From Candidatus Adlerbacteria bacterium (GTDB taxonomy: Bacteria; Patescibacteriota; Minisyncoccia; Phycocordibacterales; SBAW01), in NCBI GenBank assembly GCA_028286685.1, contig JAQBRA010000002.1:1073-65072 (forward strand): DNA of 64,000 bases, written 5' to 3'. Within the stretch, counting starts at the first letter, position 1; every line of letters begins with the position of its first letter. A model generated the notes under the pieces. It made no database searches and was not told the DNA's origin. It was given only the letters and a program-made list of their open reading frames with translations. The position numbers and the translations under genes are program-made. This document shows positions 26,126-35,677 of the stretch, one piece after another.

Positions 26126-26464
26126 GTGGTACGCATCCCCGCAGTATTTAAGAAGATCCAGGCCGAGATACTCGGCCCCAGCTACGACCTTTCGGTCGTT
26201 TTTTTGGTTGAGAAGGAGATGCGAAAAGCGATGAAGTACCGGTACGAGAAAATAGCCGGAAAGAAGACGTCCAACGTGCTGTCGTTCCCGCTTTCCAAAA
26301 CGTCCGGCGAAATCCTCATCTGCCCCGATGCCGCAAAGCCCTACACCCTTGCCTACCTTTTTATCCACGGATGCCTGCACCTTAAAGGGTCCAAGCATAG
26401 TGATACAATGGAGCGTGAAGAGAACCGGATTTTAAAAAAATTCGGCCTTCGCGCGCATGAATAA
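26126..26464 (+). CDS. ybeY: rRNA maturation RNase YbeY
   Basis: HGCLHLKGSKH matches the H-G-x-L-H-L-x-G-x-D-H zinc motif. Confidence 0.8.
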   Translation: MVRIPAVFKKIQAEILGPSYDLSVVFLVEKEMRKAMKYRYEKIAGKKTSNVLSFPLSKTSGEILICPDAAKPYTLAYLFIHGCLHLKGSKHSDTMEREENRILKKFGLRAHE

Positions 26465-27635
26465 TATTGTCACCGGCATAGACATCGGCACTTACCACGT
26501 CAAAGTGGTAATTGCTGAGCGCGCGGACGACCCCCGAGTACCGCCCCGCATTCTGGGCACCGGCTACGCCGAGTCCCGCGGCCTGCGCCAGGGCTACATC
26601 GTCTCCATACCCGAAGTCTCTCGCTCGGTCGCCGCAGCGGTGGCCCAGGCAAGCAAGGCCGCGCGGGTAAAAGTTAAGCGCGCCTATCTGGCGGTTGGCG
26701 GCGTGGGGCTCGACGAGGCCTTCTCGCGCGGAGAGACGGTTGTTGAGCGCGGCGACAGCGAGATTACTGACCGCGACCTGCCGCGCGCCATAAAGGCCAG
26801 CGAAGCGGCGCTTCCGCCATCCGCGACCCTTAACCGCAAGATACTGCACACCATACCGCTCAAGCTCTCCGTCGACGGCACGCGCGTCATGGGCCGTACG
26901 CCCGCCGGCATGAAGGGCGTGCGCCTTTCGGTCGAGACCCTTTTTATCACCTGCCTGGAGCGCCACGTGCATGACCTGGTTGCCGCCGTAGAGGACGCAG
27001 GGCTTGAGGTTGAAGATGTCGTAGCGGCTCCCCTGGCTGCATCGTTTATCGCGCTTACCAAGATGCAGAAGCGCGTGGGCTGCGTCCTCGCCAACATCGG
27101 CGCCGAAACCCTTTCCATTATCGTATTTGAGGACAATGCGCCCACCTCGCTTAAAGTATTTCCCGTAGGCGCATCCGACATCACCAACGACCTGGCGCTC
27201 GGTCTGCGCATCAGCCCCGAAGAGGCGGAAGGATTGAAGTCCGGCGCCGTGCTCGGATCGACTTATCCTAAGAAAAAAGTCGACGACCTCATTGCCCGGC
27301 GTGTCGGGGACATGTTCCGGCTCGTCGAGGCGCACCTGAAAAAGATCGGCAAAGACGAGCTCTTGCCCGCGGGCATCATACTCACCGGAGGCGGCTCGGC
27401 CGTGCAGTCGGTCGCAGACCTCGCCAAAGCAGTGCTGCGGCTCCCTTCGCGCACGGCGGCGCTTGCGGAAGGCACTGCGGCAAAGATGCAGCTGCGCGAC
27501 TCATCGTGGGCAGTAGCCTACGGCCTTACCGTCTGGGGCTTCAGCGAGGGCGGCGAACTGGAGATCCACGAGCCGAGCACCGTTTCTGAAACCCTCAGGT
27601 CGCTGTGGCGCTGGTTTAAGAAATTCTTGCCCTAG
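26457..27635 (+). CDS. ftsA: cell division protein FtsA
   Basis: Actin-like ATPase (GIDIGTYHVKVVIAE ... ILTGGGSAV) located directly upstream of ftsZ. Confidence 0.85.
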   Translation: MNNIVTGIDIGTYHVKVVIAERADDPRVPPRILGTGYAESRGLRQGYIVSIPEVSRSVAAAVAQASKAARVKVKRAYLAVGGVGLDEAFSRGETVVERGDSEITDRDLPRAIKASEAALPPSATLNRKILHTIPLKLSVDGTRVMGRTPAGMKGVRLSVETLFITCLERHVHDLVAAVEDAGLEVEDVVAAPLAASFIALTKMQKRVGCVLANIGAETLSIIVFEDNAPTSLKVFPVGASDITNDLALGLRISPEEAEGLKSGAVLGSTYPKKKVDDLIARRVGDMFRLVEAHLKKIGKDELLPAGIILTGGGSAVQSVADLAKAVLRLPSRTAALAEGTAAKMQLRDSSWAVAYGLTVWGFSEGGELEIHEPSTVSETLRSLWRWFKKFLP

Positions 27636-27762
27636 GCAAGCGCCGCCATAGGGCGGCTTTTTCGATACAAAAGCCAGGTTTGTCAAAATTGCCAAAGGTT
27701 TTAGGAACAAGTAGAGTTGTAGGGCTACACGGCACGCACACCTAAACAACCAACCAATCCTT

Positions 27763-28986
27763 ATGGCACAAGTACATCCTGAAATCGAGGCATTCGCGCG
27801 CATTCGCGTCATTGGCGTGGGCGGTTCGGGCAAGAATGCCGTCAACCACATGGTCGAGGAGAAGGTGCGTGGTGTCGACTTCATCACGATAAACACCGAC
27901 GCGCAGGACCTCCACCACTCCCTCGCCAAGAAGAAAATCCATATCGGCAAGAACCTCACGCGCGGCCTCGGCGCCGGCATGAACCCGGAGCTCGGCAAGC
28001 GCGCTTCCGAGGAAACCAAGGAAGAGATACAGCAGGCCATCAAGGGCTCTGACATGGTCTTTATCGCGGGCGGCATGGGCGGCGGCACCGGCACGGGTGC
28101 AGCGCCCGTCGTTGCGCGCACCGCAAAGGAAATGGGCGCGCTTACCGTCGCGGTCGTTACCAAGCCGTTTGCCTTCGAGGGCCAGGCCCGCATGCGCTTG
28201 GCCGAGGCCGGGCTTGACGACCTGCGCAAGGAAGTAGACGCGCTCATCATCATCCCCAACGACCGCCTCCTCGCTACCGTCGCCAAGGACACTACGCTCA
28301 AGCAGGCCTTCGCCCAGTGCGACGACGTCTTGAAGCAGGCTGTGGAGGGCATCTCCGACCTCATCACCAATCCGGGCATCATCAACGTCGACTTCGCCGA
28401 CGTCCGCGCGGTCATGGAAAACTCCGGCTCGGCCCTTATGGGCATCGGTATCGCCTCGGGCGAAAACCGCTCCGCCATCGCCGCCAAGGCCGCCGTCTCC
28501 TCGCCGCTCCTCGAGCTCTCCATCAACGGCGCCAAGGGCGTCCTGTTCGCCATCGCGGGTGGCGATGACCTGGGCATGCTCGAGGTCCACGAGGCCGCTA
28601 AAATAATCACCGAGTCCGTCGACCCGAACGCCAAGATCATCTTCGGCGCAGTCAAGGACGACAAGCTCAAGAAGGGCGAGGTTCGCGTGACCGTTATTGC
28701 GACCGGCTTCCCCGCCCCGGGTATGGCCGCTCCCCGCGGCACGCCTTTGTTTACGGCATTCGGCCGCGAGACCACCAAAGAAAAGGAGAAGGAGGAGGAT
28801 GTGCCGCCCTTGGGCCAGGCAGGACGCATCTTTAATGCGCCCCAGGCCCCCGCTCCCCGCGAGGAAAAGGAAGAACCTAAAGTAGCGGCACCTTCCTCTC
28901 AGGAGCCCATCAAGATCAAAGTAGACGAGGATGACGACGAGTGGGGCGCGGTACCGAGCTTCCTGCGCCGCCCCAAGATTAAGTAG
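27763..28986 (+). CDS. ftsZ: cell division protein FtsZ
   Basis: GVGGSGKNAVNHM, the tubulin signature GGGTGTGAAPVVA, and NTDAQ. Confidence 0.95.
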   Translation: MAQVHPEIEAFARIRVIGVGGSGKNAVNHMVEEKVRGVDFITINTDAQDLHHSLAKKKIHIGKNLTRGLGAGMNPELGKRASEETKEEIQQAIKGSDMVFIAGGMGGGTGTGAAPVVARTAKEMGALTVAVVTKPFAFEGQARMRLAEAGLDDLRKEVDALIIIPNDRLLATVAKDTTLKQAFAQCDDVLKQAVEGISDLITNPGIINVDFADVRAVMENSGSALMGIGIASGENRSAIAAKAAVSSPLLELSINGAKGVLFAIAGGDDLGMLEVHEAAKIITESVDPNAKIIFGAVKDDKLKKGEVRVTVIATGFPAPGMAAPRGTPLFTAFGRETTKEKEKEEDVPPLGQAGRIFNAPQAPAPREEKEEPKVAAPSSQEPIKIKVDEDDDEWGAVPSFLRRPKIK

Positions 28987-29015
28987 TTTACAAAAGGCGC
29001 ATAGAGTTGTATCTT

Positions 29016-29043
29016 AGCGGCGGACCCAATCCGCCGCTTTTGG
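29016..29043 (+). terminator. intrinsic terminator after ftsZ
   Basis: AGCGGCGGA-cccaa-TCCGCCGCT followed by TTTGG. Confidence 0.45.
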
Positions 29044-29068
29044 CGCACAAACGCACATAAAGGATGCC

Positions 29069-29662
29069 ATGTCTGAACAAGAGGCAGAACTGATCCGGAA
29101 TTCTCTCAGAAAAAAGCCAGGCACCTTTACCGGCAGAGAGATCGAGGGAATTTGCATCCATCGGGCCGCTAGTTCCGACCAGATCTGGCGGCAGATAGCT
29201 GAGCCGAGCCCCAAACTCTACTTGCACCAGCTAAAAGGCCATGCCCGAGCAATGATTCCCCAGAGTATCGAATACCTCAGGTCAGACGAGCCGGTAGCCG
29301 CTGTCGATAGCATAATCATATTTATGGTAAAGGCATGCCAGCGAACCGGACTGATTCTGGGGGACTTTATTCCCCCTAAGGAACTTGCCGGCGTCAGACG
29401 GGCGGCACTACTGCGAGGAGGACGGCTGCCGCTCGATAACCCAAGCCACCCGCTGATAAGGAGCGGCAACGGCAAGGAGATGTTCCGAGCACACGCGGTC
29501 ATCGCCGGAATAAGCCCTCAGGACCTCGGCATCAACAAAAATGAAGCCGAGCGCTGCCTTCGGGCATACTTCTACAAAGGCAGGCCGCGCATGAAAGAGC
29601 ATTGGAAGGCCGCTCAAAAACAGGCTGAGTTCGTCAATAACCTCTTCCCTGCCACCGCTTAG
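29069..29662 (+). CDS. hypothetical protein (ORFan) between ftsZ and trxB
   Basis: 197-aa ORF with good coding appearance. No recognisable motif. Confidence 0.35.
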   Translation: MSEQEAELIRNSLRKKPGTFTGREIEGICIHRAASSDQIWRQIAEPSPKLYLHQLKGHARAMIPQSIEYLRSDEPVAAVDSIIIFMVKACQRTGLILGDFIPPKELAGVRRAALLRGGRLPLDNPSHPLIRSGNGKEMFRAHAVIAGISPQDLGINKNEAERCLRAYFYKGRPRMKEHWKAAQKQAEFVNNLFPATA

Positions 29663-29750
29663 CGCGCCAGCAGGCGCTCAGTTTCTCAATACGCCACCGC
29701 CAAAAGCGGTGGCTTCTTCTTTGGGCCCTTACGCGGTAAAATAGATTTCT

Positions 29751-30677
29751 ATGTACGACCTTGCGATTATCGGCGGCGGCCCTGCGGGGGTTGCCGCCGG
29801 CGTGTATGCGGCCCGCAAACGACTTAAGACAGTTTTTATTGCAGAGACCTTCGGCGGGCAGTCGACCGACTCCCTCGATATCCAGAACTGGATAGGCATC
29901 CCGCATATCCCCGGCCCCGCGCTTGCTAAAGCCCTGGAGGCCCACCTGCGCGAGTATGCGAGCGATATCGTCGACCTTAAGGCTGGCGAGCGCGCCGCAA
30001 CTGTAGAGAAGAGTGCGACAGGATTTGCCATAACGACTCAGAAGGGCTCATACGAGGCCAAGACGGTCCTTATCGCCACCGGCGGCTCGCGACGCAAGCT
30101 CGGCATTCCGGGAGCCGAACAATACGAGAACAAGGGCATTGTCTACTGCGCCTCCTGCGACGGCCCGCTGTTTGCCGGACAAGACACGGTGGTTATCGGC
30201 GCGGGCAATGCCGGGTTTGAGACCGCAGCGCAGCTCTTGGCCTATGCAAAATCGGTTACGCTCCTTAACCGCAGCAGCGCATTTGACAAGGCCGACGCCA
30301 AGACCGTCGAAGCCGTGCGCAATCACCCGAACATGACCATACTTGCCGACACGGAGCCCGTAGAGGTTAAGGGCACGATGTTCGTAAATGCGCTTACGGT
30401 TAAAAACACCAAGACCGGAGAGACTAAAGATCTCCCTGCCGGAGGCATCTTTGTTGAAATCGGTGCCCTGCCCGCCACTGGCCTGGTCAAAGATCTCGTG
30501 GAATTCGACCCTTTCAATCACATAAAGGTCGACCCGCGCACGCAGCGCGCCTCAGTTGCGGGCGTATGGGCTGCGGGCGACTGCACGGACGGCTTGTACC
30601 ACCAAAACAATATTGCCGCGGGAGACGCGGTCAAAGCGCTCGAGGATATCTACTTGTATATAAAGTCGGGCAGCTAG
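29751..30677 (+). CDS. trxB: thioredoxin-disulfide reductase
   Basis: FAD motif AIIGGGPAG, redox-active CASCDG, NADPH motif VVIGAGNAG. Confidence 0.85.
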   Translation: MYDLAIIGGGPAGVAAGVYAARKRLKTVFIAETFGGQSTDSLDIQNWIGIPHIPGPALAKALEAHLREYASDIVDLKAGERAATVEKSATGFAITTQKGSYEAKTVLIATGGSRRKLGIPGAEQYENKGIVYCASCDGPLFAGQDTVVIGAGNAGFETAAQLLAYAKSVTLLNRSSAFDKADAKTVEAVRNHPNMTILADTEPVEVKGTMFVNALTVKNTKTGETKDLPAGGIFVEIGALPATGLVKDLVEFDPFNHIKVDPRTQRASVAGVWAAGDCTDGLYHQNNIAAGDAVKALEDIYLYIKSGS

Positions 30678-32038
30678 CCTTTTTTAGGGACGTCGAATAT
30701 AGAAGGCTCGACCTTCTCCCCTGCCAAATGGCGGGCAATGATGCGTCCGCCGCAGGCCGAAGGCAGTATGCCTATGCCATTGCAGCCCAGGTTGTATAAA
30801 AGCACCGGGTTTTGCGGCTCGGGCCCGACCATGCGCACGCCGTTTTTGGTGTAGCCCATGAGCCCGTGCCAGGTAAAGATGTATTCTATTTTTTTGTTCG
30901 GATCCGAATCATACGTCTTGCGCAAAAAGTCATCGATCGCCTGCACATACTCCTCCGGAAACTCCTGCTCGTAGGAATACGCGCCTCGCTCCGGGAGCGC
31001 CGCCTCGGGCCCACCTATCGATATAAGGTTGTGGCCCGGGTGAGCTTCGTACTCATACGGGCGGCGAGTCAGGTAAAAGTAAACTTCTCCTGCGCTCGCT
31101 CCGGATTGCGGGAAGTAGCTAATAGCTACGGGAGGCTTATTGAGCTTCTCGAGATAGCCGGACATGTAGCCGATGTGGCCGCTAAGGCCGGCATGAAAGC
31201 GCCCGTTTACCTCAAGCCCGTGCTCGTTGATGATCGTAAAATCCTCGAATCCGTTGGTGCACAAGACGACCCTGTCTGCCGTTACAGTGTGCGTTCCCGC
31301 ATCCAAGAGCGCGTCGGCGTCGCGCAGGATCAGCTTATGGACCGGCGCATGCTCGTACAAGGCCAGGCGGTCGGGATACGTCTTGAGGAGATACGCAAAT
31401 ACCTCCTGGCACAAAAGCGCGCTATTGATGCAGCCTTTTTGATAGGAAAGCGCGGCCACGTACTCCGGCGCCTCGGACTCCAAAAGCGCCAGGACTTTCT
31501 GGTGCGGCACGACTTCGTAGAGCCCCTTGTACTCGGCCGGTATGGCGCTTAAGAAAGCAGCAGTCTCGCTTATTCGCATGCGCTCGAGCGGCAGGCCGGC
31601 CTCCTGGCGCCGGTGATTATTTTTCAAATGGAGCAGGACCTGGGTCTCGCTGGTAAAGCCCGCATGGCCCTCGAAACGTGAGAATGGGATATCGAGCCCG
31701 GCATCAGTGTACATCTCGTCTAAAAGCGCCCAGGCATCCTCGACGGCCCGCTGGCCGCGCGCCGCCATGTCCAGGCCGAACTCCTCTGCCAGGCTCGCAA
31801 AACCGCGCTCAAAGTAGCTCGTAACCTGCCCGGCATTGTGGCCCGTAGCGCCATGCGCCATCTTAAAGCGCTCGAGCACTACAACCCGCTTATCGGTGTA
31901 TTTAAGGGTGAAATACGCCGTGGCCGTGCCCGCGATGCCCGCGCCAATAATGGCCACGTCGGCTGCAAGGTCGCCCGGGAGAGTCTTTGACACCCGGGCT
32001 TGGTCGAGCTGGTAGAGCCAGGGCGAGCGGTTCTTCAT
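30674..32038 (-). CDS. FAD-dependent oxidoreductase (DAO / amino-acid oxidase-like)
   Basis: Dinucleotide-binding motif VAIIGAGIAGTATAY. DAO-family length and C-terminal G-rich block. Confidence 0.6.
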   Translation of the reverse strand: MKNRSPWLYQLDQARVSKTLPGDLAADVAIIGAGIAGTATAYFTLKYTDKRVVVLERFKMAHGATGHNAGQVTSYFERGFASLAEEFGLDMAARGQRAVEDAWALLDEMYTDAGLDIPFSRFEGHAGFTSETQVLLHLKNNHRRQEAGLPLERMRISETAAFLSAIPAEYKGLYEVVPHQKVLALLESEAPEYVAALSYQKGCINSALLCQEVFAYLLKTYPDRLALYEHAPVHKLILRDADALLDAGTHTVTADRVVLCTNGFEDFTIINEHGLEVNGRFHAGLSGHIGYMSGYLEKLNKPPVAISYFPQSGASAGEVYFYLTRRPYEYEAHPGHNLISIGGPEAALPERGAYSYEQEFPEEYVQAIDDFLRKTYDSDPNKKIEYIFTWHGLMGYTKNGVRMVGPEPQNPVLLYNLGCNGIGILPSACGGRIIARHLAGEKVEPSIFDVPKKG

Positions 32039-32111
32039 GACTTAGTGAGTGAGAGAATAAAAATTTGTTTTTAATTCCGAGCGAGTGACAGCCATGCAAG
32101 ACGGAGTTCTT

Positions 32112-32522
32112 TTATCGTATGGTTTTGACGAGCGTAAAGTTGCCGCGGAAACCAGGGTTTCCCGAAGCGCCTTCGTCGACATCGCCGACGCGCACGACAA
32201 CCTGCCCGGGCTCCTCAAAGACGCCTATCTCGTGGCCGCCGCCAGCAAACCAGCAGATGACCTTGGATTTCTCATACTCCAAAAAGTCGGAGTCCATCTC
32301 GGCGCAGCTGCCCTCGTGCGTACCGATGTCGAAGCTCTCGCCGCCTGCCATGAGGGTTACTTGCGTCTGCGGTATGCCATCCTTTTCGCCCCGCTCGGAA
32401 AACTCCCACGAGTAGACAAGGGGCCCGGCCGGGGCTTTTGTGTCGTGCCTAAAGACCGTAAACGCCACGCCGCCCAAAATGATGATGATAAGGCCGAGAA
32501 TTCCCCATGATTTAGGTGTCAT
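32112..32522 (-). CDS. hypothetical N-terminally anchored protein
   Basis: TM helix ILGLIIIILGGVAFTVF followed by a soluble domain. Confidence 0.35.
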   Translation of the reverse strand: MTPKSWGILGLIIIILGGVAFTVFRHDTKAPAGPLVYSWEFSERGEKDGIPQTQVTLMAGGESFDIGTHEGSCAEMDSDFLEYEKSKVICWFAGGGHEIGVFEEPGQVVVRVGDVDEGASGNPGFRGNFTLVKTIR

Positions 32523-32551
32523 GCGAATAAGTATAACGTCCTCGCCAGCTC

Positions 32552-33322
32552 TTACAAACGCTCTATAGTGGTCGCCCAGATAACGCCGTCTATGTCGTAG
32601 GGAGTGTTTGCCTCGGCCGGATGCAGCGGGCCCTCAACCTTGACCTTGGCGCCGGTTGGGAAATCGACCGGCGATGCGGACATAAGCGAGGTGTTTATGG
32701 CGTAGTGGCCGTCGCTCTGGTCTATTGCGATGCCGAAGGCGCATTCCATAGTATGTGGGCCGTCACCCTTGTGCGGCAGGCACTCCCAGACGCCCGTAAC
32801 GCTTACCCGCTCAGGCGGTGGCTCTGTGGCGCCCTTTTGCCAGCTGGAGATAAGCCATTGCTCCGCCCGTTTTTCGAGCGCAATAGTTACCGGATACGTG
32901 GCGGCATAGCCTTCTGGATCATCATTCGTTACCTCAACTACCGTGCCCTGCGCGGTCGCGGTCGCATCCTTGTAGCTAACCTCGGCAATCTCGACGCGGT
33001 CGGGCCACGGACTCGAGGTTTGGCGGCCAGGGGCGCTCTTAGGGTCAGCCTGCCATGCCGCAAAAAGTTCCGGGGTTATATAGAGGCCGTACTGCGCGCC
33101 CACTTGCGCCGCAGCATCCGGAGCCAGGAGCGAGACATTCTTCATGTTCGAGCCCAGGCCCTCGATAGCGGCCCGAATAGCTGAGTCCTCGGTATTGGAG
33201 ACCGAACCCTGATCCGGAGCCTTCTGCCCGCCGAACAGCACCAGCATCAGCGCGACCCCAAGTGCCACCGCCGCCCCTATCCCCATGATTGCCTCTTTTT
33301 TCATAAACACATTGTAACGCAT
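32552..33322 (-). CDS. hypothetical N-terminally anchored or secreted protein
   Basis: TM or signal helix GIGAAVALGVALMLVLF. The start may be the internal Met MKKEAIM. Confidence 0.35.
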   Translation of the reverse strand: MRYNVFMKKEAIMGIGAAVALGVALMLVLFGGQKAPDQGSVSNTEDSAIRAAIEGLGSNMKNVSLLAPDAAAQVGAQYGLYITPELFAAWQADPKSAPGRQTSSPWPDRVEIAEVSYKDATATAQGTVVEVTNDDPEGYAATYPVTIALEKRAEQWLISSWQKGATEPPPERVSVTGVWECLPHKGDGPHTMECAFGIAIDQSDGHYAINTSLMSASPVDFPTGAKVKVEGPLHPAEANTPYDIDGVIWATTIERL

Positions 33323-33524
33323 TTGCGAGTGGCTACTTATTAAGCCGGGCCTAGCCAGAATTTTTCTTCTTGCTCATAATCGTGCCTACGATGCCGGCAA
33401 TGACCGCCAAGAGCCCGAGCAGCTGCGCTCCGCGGTTTAGGAGAAGCCTAGATAGTCTTATGTAGACTTTTTCTGCGTGTCATAGTGCCAGTATGCCAGC
33501 TCCCTACAAATAGGCGCGGAAAAA

Positions 33525-35423
33525 TTACGGCAACGACTGGCGGCCCTGTGTGGCCCCTACGACGGGTATCCCCTTCTGTTTTATATAATTGACTATGCTC
33601 TGGAACATGCTGGGCGTTACGGAGTAGAGACTGTTGTTAGTGTCAATATCGTGGAACGCGAGTATGAGCCACGTACGCGTCTGCGCCGCAGTATCGACCC
33701 ACTGCTTGACCTGGTCGAGCGTCACGGTATTACGCAGCTCCTGGTACTCGAGCTGGTACGGGTCGGAGTTGGTGGACACGTAGCCGCTTATGGTCGCGGC
33801 CGCACTGGTAAAGCCTGCGTCTCGCACGACCTGGAGCGTCGTCGCGTCGTACTCGCCGTACGGGTACGCGAACGAAAGCACCGACCCCACGCTCCACCCC
33901 AAAAGATCCTGCCGCGACCCGGCTATCTCGTCCTGCTCCTGCTGGGGTGTGAGCGCGGTCAAGTGCGCATGCGTGCGGGTGTGCGCGCCTATCTCGTGCC
34001 CGCGAGCCGCCAGGTCCTGCACTTGCGCCTTGGACACAAAGCCCGGAAAGCCATTGTCGGCCGTCTCGCGCGAGATAATATAGAACATCCCCTTGAATCC
34101 GGCCGTATCGAGCATGGGCGCGGCCGCGGAGTACTGGCTGCTTAAGCCGTCATCGAAGCGGAAGGTCACCGCCCCGGTCAAGAATATGCCGCTCGAGGCC
34201 GAAGAGGCGGTTATGGCTACGTTGTCGAGCGATAGCGTACCGTTGCCTTTGATAAGGTGGAAGACTCTCGTCTTGGCCGCAGCAGATGGCACCGAAAGAG
34301 CGGCCGTGGCAGTAGTCCACGACGAGGCGGCAGGCAAGGTCTTGAGGTCCGCGTAGAAAAAGCTGCCGTCGGCGCGCTGGAATTCTGCGGTCAAGATTGT
34401 CGGCACGTTCGCCATATAGCTGTCCGAGTAGGTATACGCGCCCGGTGAGAGCGCCACCTGCTCGTGCACCCACTTGGCGTCGCCGCTTGCGTAGCCCGAC
34501 ATAGCTATCTGCGCGCCATTGCCGCTCTGTCCCGAGACGGGATATGTAAACACGCGCGTATTGCTGCCATAGCCGCCGCGGGCCCAACGCGCTGGGAGCC
34601 CCCCGGAGCCCGCGGTCTCGAAGTCGCCGTTTAGCACCGAGTTCTGGGCGGACGGAGGCGGCGGGGACGGCGGCATGACCTCGCGCAGGACGTAGTCGTC
34701 GGTATCGAGCGTGCCGTTGCTTTTAATAAGATGGAAGATCGTCGCTGACACCGTGCCCGCGGGCGCCGCAAATTGCACCGTGATGTTCGTGTATGCGGCG
34801 CTCGCGGGCAAGGTGGCAACGTCCTTATAAACGAACGTGCCGCCCGAGAGCGCAAAGCGGATAGTGACTATGCTTGCGGCCGTGCTTTTGTAGGTGTCCG
34901 AAAATTCGTAGGTCTTGCCGCCTGTTACGGGCATGTCGTCCGGGTACCACTTGGCGTCGCCGCTTGCGTAATTGGATAGTGCGACCTCAACGCCACTGCC
35001 ACTTTTGCCCGGCACGGGGTACGTAAGCGCTCGCGTGCTGCTGCCGTAGCCGCCCTTGTGCCAGCTGGCTGGCAGGCCGGGCTGACCGGCAGTCTCAAGC
35101 CCGGGATTAGGCACCAGATTGGGGCCAAAGCTGGAAGCTGCCGGAGCGAGCGCGGCGGGAGCCGCCGCGGGCGCTGTCTTGTTGCCGCTCGGCAGCGTAG
35201 GACTCGGTATAGGCGCCTTTCTGTCTATGTTGGGCTCTTGCGCGGTTTCGCGGTGCGGTATGAGTATGGGCCCGGCGCGCTGCAGGTTAGGGTCCGCGGC
35301 GCTTTCTTGGTTTGGGACCGGAGCGCCGAAGGAGACCCCGAGCGGCGCCACCAGCGCCACCATGACAATAAGCGTCGCTATTTTCTTTCGCCCGCGCCAC
35401 CAATTGTTTACATTGTCTTTCAT
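33525..35423 (-). CDS. secreted polysaccharide deacetylase (CE4/NodB domain) with two N-terminal tandem carbohydrate-binding-like repeats
   Basis: The C-terminal NodB block TFRFDDGLSSQ...HTRTHAHL is present. Two repeats of about 130 aa (LPASWHKGGYGSSTRALTYPV... and LPARWARGGYGSNTRVFTYPV...) occupy the N-terminal half. Confidence 0.65.
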   Translation of the reverse strand: MKDNVNNWWRGRKKIATLIVMVALVAPLGVSFGAPVPNQESAADPNLQRAGPILIPHRETAQEPNIDRKAPIPSPTLPSGNKTAPAAAPAALAPAASSFGPNLVPNPGLETAGQPGLPASWHKGGYGSSTRALTYPVPGKSGSGVEVALSNYASGDAKWYPDDMPVTGGKTYEFSDTYKSTAASIVTIRFALSGGTFVYKDVATLPASAAYTNITVQFAAPAGTVSATIFHLIKSNGTLDTDDYVLREVMPPSPPPPSAQNSVLNGDFETAGSGGLPARWARGGYGSNTRVFTYPVSGQSGNGAQIAMSGYASGDAKWVHEQVALSPGAYTYSDSYMANVPTILTAEFQRADGSFFYADLKTLPAASSWTTATAALSVPSAAAKTRVFHLIKGNGTLSLDNVAITASSASSGIFLTGAVTFRFDDGLSSQYSAAAPMLDTAGFKGMFYIISRETADNGFPGFVSKAQVQDLAARGHEIGAHTRTHAHLTALTPQQEQDEIAGSRQDLLGWSVGSVLSFAYPYGEYDATTLQVVRDAGFTSAAATISGYVSTNSDPYQLEYQELRNTVTLDQVKQWVDTAAQTRTWLILAFHDIDTNNSLYSVTPSMFQSIVNYIKQKGIPVVGATQGRQSLP

Positions 35424-35677
35424 ACCTACATATCGTCTTTAACATACGGACGCGATTTCGCGTAAGTGTAGTGCGTATGCCGTGATAGGACTGTGAACAA
35501 AGGCTATGGACAAAGCACGCATGCCGTAGCACAGCGCAATAATCTGAAGATGAAATATGGCGCAACCGTGCGATATACGATTCTTCATTAAGTTTCATCG
35601 TCCTTTCACTATTGACCATATTCACCGAGTCTTAAAGAATATGCAGGTGCGAAGCTTACCCGTTATGAATTCCAAGA